The notes below the pieces were generated by a model, which saw only the letters and a program-made list of their open reading frames with translations, searched no databases and was not told the DNA's origin. The position numbers and the translations under genes are program-made. Positions 12,995 through 25,526 of a stretch of 64,000 bases of DNA are shown one piece after another (within the stretch, counting starts at the first letter, position 1; the number at the start of each line of letters is the position of its first letter). The DNA comes from Chloroflexota bacterium (GTDB taxonomy: Bacteria > Chloroflexota > Anaerolineae > Caldilineales > Caldilineaceae), in the NCBI GenBank assembly GCA_018969295.1, contig JAGWYN010000020.1:1919-65918 (forward strand). The letters are read 5' to 3'.

Positions 12995-14029
12995 TCATCT
13001 CCAGGCGCGGACGATGTCTGGCAGCCGGTGGAGTGTTTCCAGGGTGGCGTCCGGGTGGATCGTGTCCGCCAGCTGTTCGTTGTCGTGCAGCACCTGCGGG
13101 TCGGTTGTCCCGTGCAGCAGCACGGTCTGTGCGCCCAGTTCGATCCCGCAGCGAATATCGACGTGGAGGCTGTCGCCGACCACCACCACTTCGTAGGGCA
13201 GACACCCCCAGCGGTCGAGGACAATCTGCAAAAAGCGTGGGTCGGGTTTGCGATACTCGACACTGCTGCTGCTCAGGCAGAGGTCGAAATAGGGGCGCAG
13301 GCCGAGGGTGTCGACCGTCTGTTGAAAGGCGCGGTCGCAGCTGTGGTTGGTGAGCAGGGCCAGCTTGTAGCCGGCCGAACGCAGAGCAGCCAGCGTCTCA
13401 CGGGCCCCTGGCCGCACGGTCCAGGCGTTCATTTCGGGTGCGTAGAAGTGGTCGACAGCCTGCTGCAGCACCTGGGGGTCCATCCGGCTGGCTGGGTAGC
13501 CAAAGAACTGGAGCAGAAAGCTCATGGCGTCGTCGGCCAGATGTTCTTCTTGTTCGTCGGCTGATTTTTTTTCAGAAAAGCGTCGGGCCTCCACAATTTT
13601 GGTGTCGAACTGGTCGGGCAGGGTCATCCCGGTGGCGCGCATGTAGCTCTCTGCCGCACGTGCCCCTTCGGCCATCAGTTCCAACAGCGGGCGTGTGCGG
13701 GTGGCCAGGGTGTCGTCGAAGTCGAAGATCACCCCACGGACCAGGGGGGGCGCGGCGGGCAGGGGGCCGCCCAGGTCGGCAAAAAAGTTGTCGACCAGCT
13801 GAGCCAGCCGATCTGTCGAGAGGGGCGGGGCGCTCATTTCGGTCACGGTGCCGTAGTCGCGCGGCGGGGGGGCGGGTTCGGGCGGTGGGCCGAAGAGGGA
13901 GTACATCTCTGCCGAGCTGAGCGTGCGTCCTTCGCTGCGCACACGGGCCAGGAAACGTTCCTTTTCCTCGACGGTCAGCGGCTCTGGGGTGGGGGAGTGT
14001 TCGGTCTCTTCGGATGGGTTGTCGTTCAT
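12995..14029 (-). CDS. HAD-family hydrolase with a long N-terminal extension
   Basis: VIFDFDDTL motif I, LLTN motif [10 protein letters not shown] and [10 protein letters not shown] motifs; start uncertain (14029 or 14089). Confidence 0.82.
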   Translation of the reverse strand: MNDNPSEETEHSPTPEPLTVEEKERFLARVRSEGRTLSSAEMYSLFGPPPEPAPPPRDYGTVTEMSAPPLSTDRLAQLVDNFFADLGGPLPAAPPLVRGVIFDFDDTLATRTRPLLELMAEGARAAESYMRATGMTLPDQFDTKIVEARRFSEKKSADEQEEHLADDAMSFLLQFFGYPASRMDPQVLQQAVDHFYAPEMNAWTVRPGARETLAALRSAGYKLALLTNHSCDRAFQQTVDTLGLRPYFDLCLSSSSVEYRKPDPRFLQIVLDRWGCLPYEVVVVGDSLHVDIRCGIELGAQTVLLHGTTDPQVLHDNEQLADTIHPDATLETLHRLPDIVRAWR

Positions 14030-14183
14030 CAGGTTGTTCTGTCTCAGCTTCAGAATCGGCTTGTGTTGAGTTGGATAGTGGTTCATCATAGCATGGTGGG
14101 GGCGTGCAGCCCCAGTTGCGCAAGGGCTTGTGCTCTGCTAGACTGGCAGAACAACCTGTACCCTTTACAAGAAAGGAAGTCCG

Positions 14184-15098
14184 ATGCAAGGCCCATCGAT
14201 CTGCGTGGTCGGTTCGATCAATCTCGATATGAACACCTATGTCGCTGCGTTCCCGCGGCCTGGAGAAACGATCCAAGGGGAGCGGTTTACGACTGGCTAC
14301 GGCGGCAAGGGGGCCAACCAGGCGGTGATGGTGGCCCGTCTGGGGGGGGCTGTCCAGATGGTCGGGCGGGTGGGCGACGACATGTTTGGGCAGGAGATGC
14401 TGCGCAACCTGGCCAGGGAGGGGGTGGATACCCGCTCTGTGCGGGTGAGTCCGGGTCTTTCTTCGGGGGTGGCGGTGATCACCGTCGAAGCCAGCGGGCA
14501 GAACCAGATCGTAGTGGTGGCGGGTGCCAACGGCCAGGTGACGGCCGACGACCTCGACGGTGCTCTGTGGGGTGCTGTCAAGGTGCTGGTCTGTCAGATG
14601 GAAGTGCCGATGGCGGCCAATCTGGCGGCGTTGCGGCGGGCACGTGCGGCGGGGGTGCAGACCATTTTCAACTCGGCGCCGGCCAGCAGCCCGATCCCCG
14701 AGGAAGTTTATGGATTGGCGGACATTTTTTGTCCGAACGAAAGCGAGGCGGAGCTGCTGACCGGGGTGGCGGTCCACTCGATTGAAGATGCCCGTCGAGC
14801 GGCTGCGGAGCTGCGGCGGCGGGGAGCGGCTGCGGCGTTGATCACCTTGGGGGAGCGAGGGTGTCTGTATGTGGACGAGTTCCAGGATGTGCATGTCGCC
14901 GCTCCTGTGGTCACGGCGGTAGACACCACTGGGGCAGGGGATGCGTTTGTGGGCAGCCTCGCCTTTTTTCTGGCAGAGGGGGTACCGATCGTTGCGGCGA
15001 TCGAGCGGGCCCAGGCGATTGCGGCGATCAGCGTACAATCGCCTGGGGCGCAGAGCAGCTACCCGCACCGAGCGGCGTTGCCGGCGGCGCTGCTGTAG
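14184..15098 (+). CDS. rbsK: Ribokinase (PfkB family)
   Basis: [32 protein letters not shown]. Confidence 0.9.
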   Translation: MQGPSICVVGSINLDMNTYVAAFPRPGETIQGERFTTGYGGKGANQAVMVARLGGAVQMVGRVGDDMFGQEMLRNLAREGVDTRSVRVSPGLSSGVAVITVEASGQNQIVVVAGANGQVTADDLDGALWGAVKVLVCQMEVPMAANLAALRRARAAGVQTIFNSAPASSPIPEEVYGLADIFCPNESEAELLTGVAVHSIEDARRAAAELRRRGAAAALITLGERGCLYVDEFQDVHVAAPVVTAVDTTGAGDAFVGSLAFFLAEGVPIVAAIERAQAIAAISVQSPGAQSSYPHRAALPAALL

Positions 15099-15101
15099 GG
15101 G

Positions 15102-15839
15102 TCAGGAGGGGAGGAGTTCGATTTTTCCGGCCAGCAGGTTGGCTTGGAAGGTGCGTTCCTGGGCGGCGTCGAACAAAACGGTGATCGTTGCCTCTGGACC
15201 ACTGCCGTCGATTCGGGTGACCACGCCGTCGCCGAACCGGGCGTGGCGCAGCCGGTCGCCGGGGGTCAACACCCACGACGCTTCGGTGGCAGGGTCGGCG
15301 GGGAGGTTGAGCTGGACAGCCAGGGCCGCATCGCGGTCCCGCCAGCTGGCCGCCAGGCTCTCCACCATCTGCTCTGGGGCGCGTGCGACCCGGCTGCGCA
15401 GCTGTTCGGCCCGGCTGCGGGCGGCGGCCAGGGCTGGCATCCACTGTGCTTTTTCGGGATCGGGGCGTTCGCTCTGGGCCAGCGAGCGGCTGGCGCGTGC
15501 CATCACGCTGAGCAGTCCGTCCACCTGTTTGACCAGCTCTTCTGCCGGGTCGAAGGTGGCCAGATGCACGCCGTGGGTGCGGCAGAGTTCTGCCCGCACA
15601 CGCTCGCGTTCTTCATTTTCCAGCTCTTCGAGGTCGCTTTTGCGTCCCTGTCCGCGTGCGGTGAGCCCGACGAAACGGATGGCAAGGGCGATCTCGGGGT
15701 AGAACTTGTCCAGTTTGAGGCGGCGATGGGTGCTGGGGTTGACCAGCCAGGGGGGGCTGACGTTGTCTTGTTCGCTGAACCCGCTAAAAATACGGGCCAG
15801 AAGTTCGCGCCAGGCGCTGACGGTGGTGTAGGTCTGCAT
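15102..15839 (-). CDS. Hypothetical protein: degenerate Vsr/DUF559-like domain plus C-terminal UvrD/PcrA-type Tudor domain
   Basis: N-terminal PWLVNPSTHRRLKLDKFYPEIALAIRFVG; C-terminal GDRLRHARFGDGVVTRIDGSG resembles the UvrD C-terminal domain. Confidence 0.65.
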   Translation of the reverse strand: MQTYTTVSAWRELLARIFSGFSEQDNVSPPWLVNPSTHRRLKLDKFYPEIALAIRFVGLTARGQGRKSDLEELENEERERVRAELCRTHGVHLATFDPAEELVKQVDGLLSVMARASRSLAQSERPDPEKAQWMPALAAARSRAEQLRSRVARAPEQMVESLAASWRDRDAALAVQLNLPADPATEASWVLTPGDRLRHARFGDGVVTRIDGSGPEATITVLFDAAQERTFQANLLAGKIELLPS

Positions 15840-15855
15840 GTGAAACTCGCTTGGC

Positions 15856-16983
15856 TCAGGCCGGTTCCCGCCATGGCAGGGGGTGAGGGCTTTGCTGCCG
15901 CCGGGCAATTTCCCGACGCACCGTGGGGGCGACCACGGTGCCCAGCAGTTCGATCGCCCGCATCATTTTGCGATGTTCGACCGTGCCGACTCCCAGCTGG
16001 ATCAGCAGGCGTTGATGGCCAAAAATTTCATGTTGAAAGAGGATTTTTTCGATCACCTCTTCTGGGGTACCCACAAAATCGGCTCCCCGCAGCAGGCGCG
16101 ACTGTTCCATCTGGGGGCGGGTCATCGGGGCCCACCCCCGTTCTCGTCCGATCTGGCCCATCACCGTCATGGCTGCCGGGTAATACTCGTCGATCGCCTG
16201 TTGGCTGTCGTCGGCCACAAAGCCATGCGAGTTGATGCTCAGCGGCAGCTGAGCCAGGTCGTGGCCGGCTTTGCGGGCGGCGTGCCGATAGAGGTCGAAG
16301 AAGGGGGCAAAGCGTTCGGGCATGCCGCCGATGATGGCCAGTGCCATCGGCAGCCCCAGGGTGGCGGCGCGCACGACCGATTGTGGTGTGCCGCCGACTG
16401 CCACCCAGATCGGCAACTTTTTTTGGACAGGGCGGGGGTAGATGCTTTGTGCCTGCAGCGCTGGCCGGTGGCGGCCTGACCAGGAAAGGGTCTCTTCTGC
16501 GCGCAGCGCAAGCAGCAGCTCCAGTTTTTCGGCAAAAAGCGAATCGTAGTCGTTCAGGTTGTAGCCGAACAACGGAAACGATTCGATGAACGAGCCCCGT
16601 CCTGCAATGATTTCGGCACGGCCGTTCGAGATCAAGTCGAGGGTCGCAAAATTTTGAAAGACGCGAACGGGGTCGTCCGAGCTGAGCACGGTCACCGCCG
16701 AAGACAGGCGGATCGAGCGGGTTCTGGCTGCGGCTGCTGCCAGAATGACAGCGGGTGCCGAGGCGACAAATTCGACCCGGTGGTGTTCGCCCAGCCCAAA
16801 GACATCCAACCCGACCTGATCGGCCAGCTCAATGCTCTCCAGCAGGTTGTGCATGCGTTCGGCAGGGCTGATCCGCCGGCCGGTTTTGGGGTCAGGAGTC
16901 AGTTCGGCAAACGAATAGAGCCCCAGCTCAAAAGGGGCGGGGGGGGCGGCAGGAGTCGTCTGTTGCATGTGGTGGATATCCAT
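15856..16983 (-). CDS. LLM-class (luciferase-like) flavin-dependent oxidoreductase
   Basis: [38 protein letters not shown]. Confidence 0.9.
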   Translation of the reverse strand: MDIHHMQQTTPAAPPAPFELGLYSFAELTPDPKTGRRISPAERMHNLLESIELADQVGLDVFGLGEHHRVEFVASAPAVILAAAAARTRSIRLSSAVTVLSSDDPVRVFQNFATLDLISNGRAEIIAGRGSFIESFPLFGYNLNDYDSLFAEKLELLLALRAEETLSWSGRHRPALQAQSIYPRPVQKKLPIWVAVGGTPQSVVRAATLGLPMALAIIGGMPERFAPFFDLYRHAARKAGHDLAQLPLSINSHGFVADDSQQAIDEYYPAAMTVMGQIGRERGWAPMTRPQMEQSRLLRGADFVGTPEEVIEKILFQHEIFGHQRLLIQLGVGTVEHRKMMRAIELLGTVVAPTVRREIARRQQSPHPLPWREPA

Positions 16984-16998
16984 TCTTCTACAGCGCTT

Positions 16999-17475
16999 CT
17001 ACAGCCGGCTGGCGGTCCACAGCGCATGGGCCCGCTCGATCAGGTGATGGGTCTCGGCGGTGATCGCATAGGAGTTCAAGCAATCGAGGGAGACCCAGGC
17101 GACCGCTGCGGCGTCGTCCTGGGCCAGCGCCTCGCCGCTGACCCAGCTGGCCCAGAAATCGACCACCACATAGTGGTATTCGATCTCTCCTGCGGCGTCG
17201 CGCGTCACCGGTTCAAAGAGGCCGGCCACGGTGCCGACAGCGATTTCGACACCGCACTCTTCGCGCAGCTCGCGTTGTACGCCGTCGGCCAGCGATTCAC
17301 CCAGATCCAACAGCCCGCCGGGCAACGCCCAGCTGCCTGCGCGCGGGGGACGCCCGCGCTGGACCAACAGCACCTGGCCTGCCGGGTCGAAAACGGCGGC
17401 TGCCACGCCGACCAAGGGGGCTGTCGGGTAGCGGCGCTGCACGGGCAGCCGGATGTGGGGACTTGAATCGTGCAT
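16999..17475 (-). CDS. NUDIX hydrolase (ADP-ribose pyrophosphatase-like)
   Basis: Nudix box [24 protein letters not shown]; YHYVVVDF. Confidence 0.88.
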   Translation of the reverse strand: MHDSSPHIRLPVQRRYPTAPLVGVAAAVFDPAGQVLLVQRGRPPRAGSWALPGGLLDLGESLADGVQRELREECGVEIAVGTVAGLFEPVTRDAAGEIEYHYVVVDFWASWVSGEALAQDDAAAVAWVSLDCLNSYAITAETHHLIERAHALWTASRL

Positions 17476-17524
17476 CGTTGTGTTCCAGTCTGAACTCAGT
17501 CGCAAGTGCGGGGCGCTGGCCAGC

Positions 17525-18694
17525 TCACTCTGTGCGCATGCGGGCTTTTCGTTTGTGCCAGTCCTCGGCAAAAAGGTTGAAGTGGATGCGCTGTTCTGGG
17601 TGTTCGGCCACGACAGCCTCATCCAGGGTGACCCCCAGCCCTGGACCGGTTGGCAGCGCAAAGAAACCCTCCGAGAAGGGCGGCAGGCCGGGTGCAGAGG
17701 CGAGCACATAGGGCTCGTCGAAATCGTTGAAATTCTCCTGAATTTTGAAATTTGGGGTGCAGGCAGCCAGGTGCAGGGCGGCTGCCGTGGCAATGGGGCC
17801 GCCGACATTGTGCGGTGCCATCAGCAGATAGTAGGTATCTGCCCAGGCAGCCAGTTTTTTGGTGTTGAAAATCCCGCCGAAATGTGCGATGTCTGGCTGC
17901 AGAATATCGGCTGCCTGCAGTTCCAGAACTTCCCGGTATTCGTGCAGCGTGTGAATGCGTTCCCCGGTAGCGACTGGAACGCCGAGCGGCGCCACCGCAT
18001 CGGCAACTTTTTTGAGGGCCGGGATATTGGCGGGGGGCACCGGTTCTTCGACCCAGCTGGGTTTGAACGGCGCCAGCTCGCGGGTCATTTCGATCGCAGT
18101 CACCGGGTTGAAGCGGCCGTGCATTTCGATCAGCAGCTCGACCTCCGGCCCGACCGCGTCGCGCACAGCTTCGACCAGGCTGATCATCTTGAGCTTTTCG
18201 GCGCGTTCTGCCTCATAGTAGCCAGCGCCGAAGGGGTCAAACTTGAGGGCTCGGTAGCCTTTGGCCACAGCCCGCCGGGCTGCCGCCGCGAATTCGTCGG
18301 GCGTGCGTTCGACGGTGTACCAGCCGTTGCCGTAGGCTTTGATGCGCTGGCGCACTGCTCCGCCCAGCAGCCGGTAGATTGGCTGGTTGAGCGCCTTGCC
18401 GATGATGTCCCAGCAGGCCATCTCGATCATGGCCAACCCGGTCATCGCCACCTCGCCGGGTCTTCCATAGTCTTCGACGGTCAGCCGTTTGACCAAAAGT
18501 TCGATGTCGAAAGGATCCAGCCCGATCACAAAGCGGTCGGCCACATCTCGCACATAGCCGATGGCAGCGTCAACTTTGTTGATGGGGCGGCTTTCTCCCA
18601 GGCCCACCAATCCTTCGTCGGTTTCCACTTTGAGAATGACCAGATTGCGCCACTGGGTGCCCAGCACCATCGGCGTGATCGCTGTAATCCGCAT
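17525..18694 (-). CDS. Mandelate racemase/enolase-superfamily acid-sugar dehydratase (galactonate/gluconate dehydratase-like)
   Basis: [36 protein letters not shown]. Confidence 0.87.
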   Translation of the reverse strand: MRITAITPMVLGTQWRNLVILKVETDEGLVGLGESRPINKVDAAIGYVRDVADRFVIGLDPFDIELLVKRLTVEDYGRPGEVAMTGLAMIEMACWDIIGKALNQPIYRLLGGAVRQRIKAYGNGWYTVERTPDEFAAAARRAVAKGYRALKFDPFGAGYYEAERAEKLKMISLVEAVRDAVGPEVELLIEMHGRFNPVTAIEMTRELAPFKPSWVEEPVPPANIPALKKVADAVAPLGVPVATGERIHTLHEYREVLELQAADILQPDIAHFGGIFNTKKLAAWADTYYLLMAPHNVGGPIATAAALHLAACTPNFKIQENFNDFDEPYVLASAPGLPPFSEGFFALPTGPGLGVTLDEAVVAEHPEQRIHFNLFAEDWHKRKARMRTE

Positions 18695-18859
18695 ACCTTC
18701 CTCTTCCTTGCCTTGTCTGTTGACGACCTGAAACGGTCCTTGTCTTGTGTCGCTTCTCTGCCCGGCGCAGAGGGCAGTTCCCAGTCTGCGGTCGACGGGC
18801 AGTTGGATCCTTCTAACGTGGTTCAGCCCGCACAGGGTAGCACAGACGGGCTGAAGCTG

Positions 18860-20254
18860 TCAACGTTTCCGCGCATTTTGTTGTTGTGGCGCGGCGGTTG
18901 GAAAAAGAATTGGGTGCAGTTCAGGGGCGTAGGTCTGGACCAGCGTCTCTGAGATGGCATTGGTGCGGGCGATCGCGCTGTAGAGTGCAGCGCTGGGCCG
19001 TGGGCGGCGAAGCTGGGTGGCAGGGTCGAGTTCGACCAGCCCAAAGCGCAGCCCCCACCCTTCCGACCATTCAAAGTTGTCGGTCAGCGTCCAGTGGTAG
19101 TAGCCGCGCACGTCGCAGCCCTGCTGGATCGCCTGGTAGAGCGCGTGCAGGTGGCCGAGCAGCCAGCGGGGGCGTTGGTCGTCATCGTGGTCGGGCAACC
19201 CGTTTTCAGTGATATAGATCGGTTTGTGGAAGGCATTCACCTCGCGCACGATCTGGTGGAGTGCCTGTGGCGCGTACTCGCTGTAGACCCCTTGTCGGCC
19301 CTGGTCGGAGTATTCGCCGTCGGGGGAAAAGTGTTCTTCTCCGAAGAGCCGGCGGGGGTCGGGGTGGAAGCGGACCAGGTCTCGTGTGTAAAAGTTGATC
19401 CCGATAAAATCGGCGCTGTCTGCCAGGGAGTGCTGGTACTCGTCCAGCCCCAGGGGAAAGCGGAGTTTGCCGTCTGCTGCGCCGGTGACCCAGAGATGTT
19501 CGACGAGATAGCGTTTGAGGTTGGCCGCCTTGCGGTCGAGCCAGCGCTTTGGATCTGAAGGTTGGAAGACGCGTACGGGCAGGGCATAGCCGACCTGGGC
19601 GCCTGGGCTGTTGGCATGGAGGGTCTGGTAGGCGACGCCGTGGGCCTGCAGCAGATGGCGAAAGACGCGCAGTGCAGCCAGCAGGTGGGTCTTCTGCGGG
19701 GGCCAGATTCCCCGCACCCAGCCCTGCACGACATAGACCAGCGGTTCGTTGAGGGGGATCCACTGGTCGCAGAGATCGCCCAGGGCACGCACCGCATAGC
19801 GCACATACTGTTGGAAGCGCACGATCGCTGCCGGGTTTTCCCAGCCGCCGGCCTGTTCCAGCCAGAGTGGATTGGTGAAGTGGTGCAGTGTCACCATCGG
19901 GCGGATGTTGCGGCGGCGGAGCCCGTCCAACAGGGCGCGGTAGCGTTCGATGGCTGTCGAGTCAAACCGGCCCGGCTCAGGTTCGATCCGGCTCCATTCG
20001 AGGCTCATGCGGTGGGCCGAATGCCCCATGCGCTCCATCAGGTCGAAGTCGACCTCGGCATGGTTCCACCAGTCGCAGGCGAGGCCGCTGCGATCTCCAT
20101 GCCAGATGGCGCCGGGTTGTTGTTCGAAGAGCCACCACTGGTTGCGGGTGTTGTTTCCTTCGACCTGGTAGGCGGAGGTGGCAGTTCCCCAGAGGAATCC
20201 TGCCGGGAACCGCAGCGCGGGCATCGGGTCAGCGGGCATCGGGTCAGCGGGCAT
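18860..20254 (-). CDS. Glycoside hydrolase family 1 (beta-glucosidase-like)
   Basis: FLWGTATSAYQVEG, LNEP acid/base, ITENG nucleophile, DNFEWSEG. Confidence 0.93.
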   Translation of the reverse strand: MPADPMPADPMPALRFPAGFLWGTATSAYQVEGNNTRNQWWLFEQQPGAIWHGDRSGLACDWWNHAEVDFDLMERMGHSAHRMSLEWSRIEPEPGRFDSTAIERYRALLDGLRRRNIRPMVTLHHFTNPLWLEQAGGWENPAAIVRFQQYVRYAVRALGDLCDQWIPLNEPLVYVVQGWVRGIWPPQKTHLLAALRVFRHLLQAHGVAYQTLHANSPGAQVGYALPVRVFQPSDPKRWLDRKAANLKRYLVEHLWVTGAADGKLRFPLGLDEYQHSLADSADFIGINFYTRDLVRFHPDPRRLFGEEHFSPDGEYSDQGRQGVYSEYAPQALHQIVREVNAFHKPIYITENGLPDHDDDQRPRWLLGHLHALYQAIQQGCDVRGYYHWTLTDNFEWSEGWGLRFGLVELDPATQLRRPRPSAALYSAIARTNAISETLVQTYAPELHPILFPTAAPQQQNARKR

Positions 20255-20257
20255 CGG
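20217..20257. repeat. 15-bp tandem repeat (about 2.7 copies) encoding MPADP-MPADP-MPA at the GH1 N-terminus
   Basis: Unit GCGGGCATCGGGTCA; gives three in-frame ATGs (20254, 20239, 20224). Confidence 0.9.
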
Positions 20258-20756
20258 ACGGGCTTTCTTGGTGTTGTAGAGAGGGTGGAACGGGTGTCTG
20301 TCGGGGCAGGTGGGTCAGCTCGACGGCGGCTGCATCCAGAAAAGAGCGGCTCAGGACATCTGGGTAGTGGCCGGCGTAGACGACGCGGCGGATTCCGGCG
20401 TTGATCAGCATTTTGGCGCAGGTCAGGCAGGGTTGGTGTGTGACATAGGCGGTGGCGCCTTCGGTGCCGACGCCGTGCAGCGCCGCTTGGATCAGCGCAT
20501 TTTGTTCGGCGTGGAGTGTACGCACGCAGTGGCCATCCACGAGCAGGTGGCCGACATCGTCGCAGTGGGGCAGGCCAGCGGGTGCGCCGTTGTAGCCTGT
20601 CGTCAAGATGCGGCGGTCGCGCACCAAGGCGCAGCCGACATGGGCGCGGTCGCAGGTACTGCGTTGGGCGACGGTGAACGCGATCTGCAGAAAATAGTCG
20701 TCCCAGGAAGGACGTTGGCGGCGTTCTTCTGGCGGGTGGAGGGGGCTGTCGGTCAT
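20244..20756 (-). CDS. dCMP deaminase / ComEB-like zinc deaminase
   Basis: RPSWDDYF, TGYNGAP, HAEQNA, PCLTC. Confidence 0.92.
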   Translation of the reverse strand: MTDSPLHPPEERRQRPSWDDYFLQIAFTVAQRSTCDRAHVGCALVRDRRILTTGYNGAPAGLPHCDDVGHLLVDGHCVRTLHAEQNALIQAALHGVGTEGATAYVTHQPCLTCAKMLINAGIRRVVYAGHYPDVLSRSFLDAAAVELTHLPRQTPVPPSLQHQESPSDAR

Positions 20757-21442
20757 CTGGTGGGCTCCATCGTCGGTGGCCAGTCGACCAGCAGGTCGGC
20801 CAGCACGTTGCTGCGCGCCTCTTCGTTCAGAAAGGCGAGGTAGAGGGTGGTGGCTGCTGGCTGGCGGCTGTCTGGTAGGGCTGCCGGGCAGTAGGTGATG
20901 GCCAGGGCGGGCAAGCGCTGCTGGCCGTTGTCGATCTGGCCTGGCGTGACGGCGGTGAGCTGGCTGGCTGTCCAGAACGCGTACCAGAGGCCCACTTCAT
21001 CTTCGGGCCAGCGGGCGATGCGCCAGATGGGGCGTGGGCGCACCTGGCAGAGCAGGGCATGTTCGCGGGTGGCGAAGGTACGGTAGAAGCCGGGCAGGAA
21101 GGCGAAGAGTTGTACCTTCTGGCCGACCTGCAAGAGGCCGCTGGCATAGAGGGCGGTCTTGTGCGCGAGTGGCTGGGGGGCAGGAAGGGGGGGGTCGGCA
21201 TGGGGGGCAAAGTGGGTGAAGTGGTTTCGTTGACAGAGCGTCGCCCACACCTTGCAGGCGCTGGCTGCCGCCAGCCAGAGCAGGAGTGGCCAGCCGTTCA
21301 GCCAGCCCACGAACGGGAGGGCCGAGAGGAGGGTCAGCCAGCGGAGCAGGGGCCAGCCCAGCCAAAGGGCACGGCTGGCAAGGTAGAGCTGGCCCTGGCG
21401 GGTTGCTGGGACCAGCTCGGGAAGGAAGTCGCTCCTGGACAC
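20753..21442 (-). CDS. Hypothetical membrane protein
   Basis: Two N-terminal hydrophobic segments; sits between ftsH and the deaminase with coupled start/stop. Confidence 0.65.
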   Translation of the reverse strand: MSRSDFLPELVPATRQGQLYLASRALWLGWPLLRWLTLLSALPFVGWLNGWPLLLWLAAASACKVWATLCQRNHFTHFAPHADPPLPAPQPLAHKTALYASGLLQVGQKVQLFAFLPGFYRTFATREHALLCQVRPRPIWRIARWPEDEVGLWYAFWTASQLTAVTPGQIDNGQQRLPALAITYCPAALPDSRQPAATTLYLAFLNEEARSNVLADLLVDWPPTMEPTR

Positions 21443-21445
21443 CTT

Positions 21446-23392
<1,947 letters not shown>

Positions 23393-23486
23393 TCGAGTTC
23401 CTGTTGAGTCGTCATCTGCTCGTGTTTGGCAAGCTGTCGTTTTTGTCTTGCGAGCAACTTCTGTTCAACCAAACCAATCTGTTTTC

Positions 23487-23514
23487 AGTATAACACAAAC
23501 GCTCCTTACGTCAA
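23487..23514 (-). promoter_or_regulatory. Sigma70-type promoter of ftsH
   Basis: Minus strand TTGACG-N16-TATACT with an extended -10 TG; palindrome CAAAGGA-GT-TCCTTTG (23512-23527) abuts the -35. Confidence 0.6.
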
Positions 23515-23713
23515 AGGAGTTCCTTTGTGCTTCTGGTGGGAGAGAGGACAAAGGAATTATTCTCTATTGTAGGGAGACAATGGCTGCCTGCCAGTAGGGT
23601 TACTTCCAAGCTGGGGATGAATCTGCCGAGGTGGGGGGAACGACGAGTGGGTTGGGGGGAGATTCTGGCCGGGCAGGGTGGTGGGGAAGGGCCACCACCC
23701 TGGAGCCCTTCGC

Positions 23714-24256
23714 TCAGGCAACGGCTGCTGGGGCCAGCCCAAACTCTTCCAGCACCCAGTGTGTCCAGTTGGCGACGCGCTGTGGGGTCAGGGCGGCCTG
23801 GTTGTCCTCGTCGATCGGCAGGCCCATCATGACGCCTTCGTAGACACCCCGTGAAAATTCGAACTGGTAGCTGGCGTCGGGCACGATCCAGCCGACTGTC
23901 TGCGCCCCCAGTTCAGTGATGCGGTCTCCGATCAGGCCGATGGCGTCCACAAAGCTGTTGGAGTAGCCAAACTGGTCGCCGCAGCCAAACAAGGCGACTT
24001 TTTTGCCTTTGAGTCCCTGGTTGCCTAGGGTAGGGAGGGTCAGCCCCCAGTCATCTTGCAGCTCGCCAATGTTCCAGGTCGATCCGCCAAACAGCAGGAA
24101 ATCGAAGTTGGGGAACAGTTTGGCATTGGCTGCGGAGATGACCATCACCTCGCAGGTTGCCGCGCCGGTCGCTTCGATCTCCTCTTTGATCAGGTTGGCA
24201 ATCCGTTCCGTGCAGCCAGTGCTGCTGCCAAAAAAAATTCCAATCTTTGCGCTCAT
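23714..24256 (-). CDS. fldA: Long-chain flavodoxin
   Basis: IGIFFGSSTGCTE, STWNIGELQDDW, VALFGCGDQ, GLPIDEDNQ. Confidence 0.92.
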   Translation of the reverse strand: MSAKIGIFFGSSTGCTERIANLIKEEIEATGAATCEVMVISAANAKLFPNFDFLLFGGSTWNIGELQDDWGLTLPTLGNQGLKGKKVALFGCGDQFGYSNSFVDAIGLIGDRITELGAQTVGWIVPDASYQFEFSRGVYEGVMMGLPIDEDNQAALTPQRVANWTHWVLEEFGLAPAAVA

Positions 24257-24354
24257 AAAACAGCTCCTCCTTGCGCCGGTTGTTGGGCTGCTGGCCGGCA
24301 GGTGGTGGGTCTGGCTGGCCAGCAGGAAGCGATCGTGTCAAATGTTCCAATAAA

Positions 24355-25506
24355 CTATACTGTCCGCTCCCCAGATTGGCAAGTAAGCATTCTTCCGGGG
24401 AGGAGCTGTTCGACCAGCTCCAGCAGGGTAGAGAGGGCTGCCGGTGTTTCAGCGTCGACCGTGTGTCCTTCTGCGGCGCGGAAGAGGCGGTCCTGGACGG
24501 CTGGGCCCAGCCCTGCCGTGGTCTGGGGGAGGGGGCGGGCCAGCACCACATCGGCTGCCAGCTCATCCAGCTGGCGCAGCCGTGTGAACAGCGTTCTTCC
24601 AACCTGCTCTGGGGCTTCGCCCGGTCCGAGTGCGACGATTCGCTCTGCCCAGCGGGGATACCGGGGCAACTCTTCGTCGGGGAGGAGCAGTCCGGCGCGG
24701 AGTCCTCTGGCAGAGAGGGTTTCGAGGGCGGCGTCGAGCAGGTTCTGGGCTGCTGCGGCGTGGCCGCTGACCAGGAGGAGGGGGGTGTGCGGGGCGTAAT
24801 GTCTGAGCTGTGTGCCTGGAGCTGGAGCGCTTTCGGCTGCAATCAGCGGTCTGGTGGGGATTTGCAGATCGGGCAGCAGTTGAAGCAGCGGTGCCAGGTC
24901 GGCGCCGCCATGCCGCAGCAGGCGAGGGGGCTCCTGGGTCAGGTCGATCACGGTGGATTCGAGTCCGATCGGTGTTGGGCCTCCGTCCAGCACGAACTCG
25001 ATGCGGCCTGCCAGGTCCTTGAGCACATGTTGGGCGGTGGTGGGGCTGGGGCGGCTGAACAGATTGGCGCTGGGGGCTGCGATGGGCAGCTGGCAGGCCC
25101 GCAGCAGCCCCAAGGCGACCGGGTGGGCTGGCACGCGCACGGCCACGGTCGGGCGGCCTGCGGCGAGATTGGGGGCCAGCCTGTCCGCCCGTTGTAGGAC
25201 CAAGGTCAGAGGGCCGGGCCAGCAGAGCGCCGCCAGGCTGTAGGCGACGGTCGGGGGGGTGCGGGCGACCCCATCCAGCTGTTCGACGCCGGCGAGATGG
25301 ACGATCAGCGGGTCTGTGAAAGGGCGTTGCTTGGCCGCAAAAATGCGGTCCACGGCAGAGGGGTCGAGGGCATTGGCACCGAGGCCGTAGACGGTCTCGG
25401 TGGGAAAAGCGACAAGCGCTCCTTGGCGCAGGGCGTGGGCAGCGATCGCCAGGAGGGCAGCGTCGGGGTGAATCGGGTCGACGGAGAGGAGCTGGGTAGC
25501 GACCAT
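24355..25506 (-). CDS. sua5: L-threonylcarbamoyladenylate synthase (Sua5-type)
   Basis: AFPTETVYGLGANA, KQRP..DPLIVH, APSANLFSRPSPT, C-terminal PG..RHYAP domain. Confidence 0.93.
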   Translation of the reverse strand: MVATQLLSVDPIHPDAALLAIAAHALRQGALVAFPTETVYGLGANALDPSAVDRIFAAKQRPFTDPLIVHLAGVEQLDGVARTPPTVAYSLAALCWPGPLTLVLQRADRLAPNLAAGRPTVAVRVPAHPVALGLLRACQLPIAAPSANLFSRPSPTTAQHVLKDLAGRIEFVLDGGPTPIGLESTVIDLTQEPPRLLRHGGADLAPLLQLLPDLQIPTRPLIAAESAPAPGTQLRHYAPHTPLLLVSGHAAAAQNLLDAALETLSARGLRAGLLLPDEELPRYPRWAERIVALGPGEAPEQVGRTLFTRLRQLDELAADVVLARPLPQTTAGLGPAVQDRLFRAAEGHTVDAETPAALSTLLELVEQLLPGRMLTCQSGERTV

Positions 25507-25526
25507 AGGGGGAACTGGGCGTCTGT

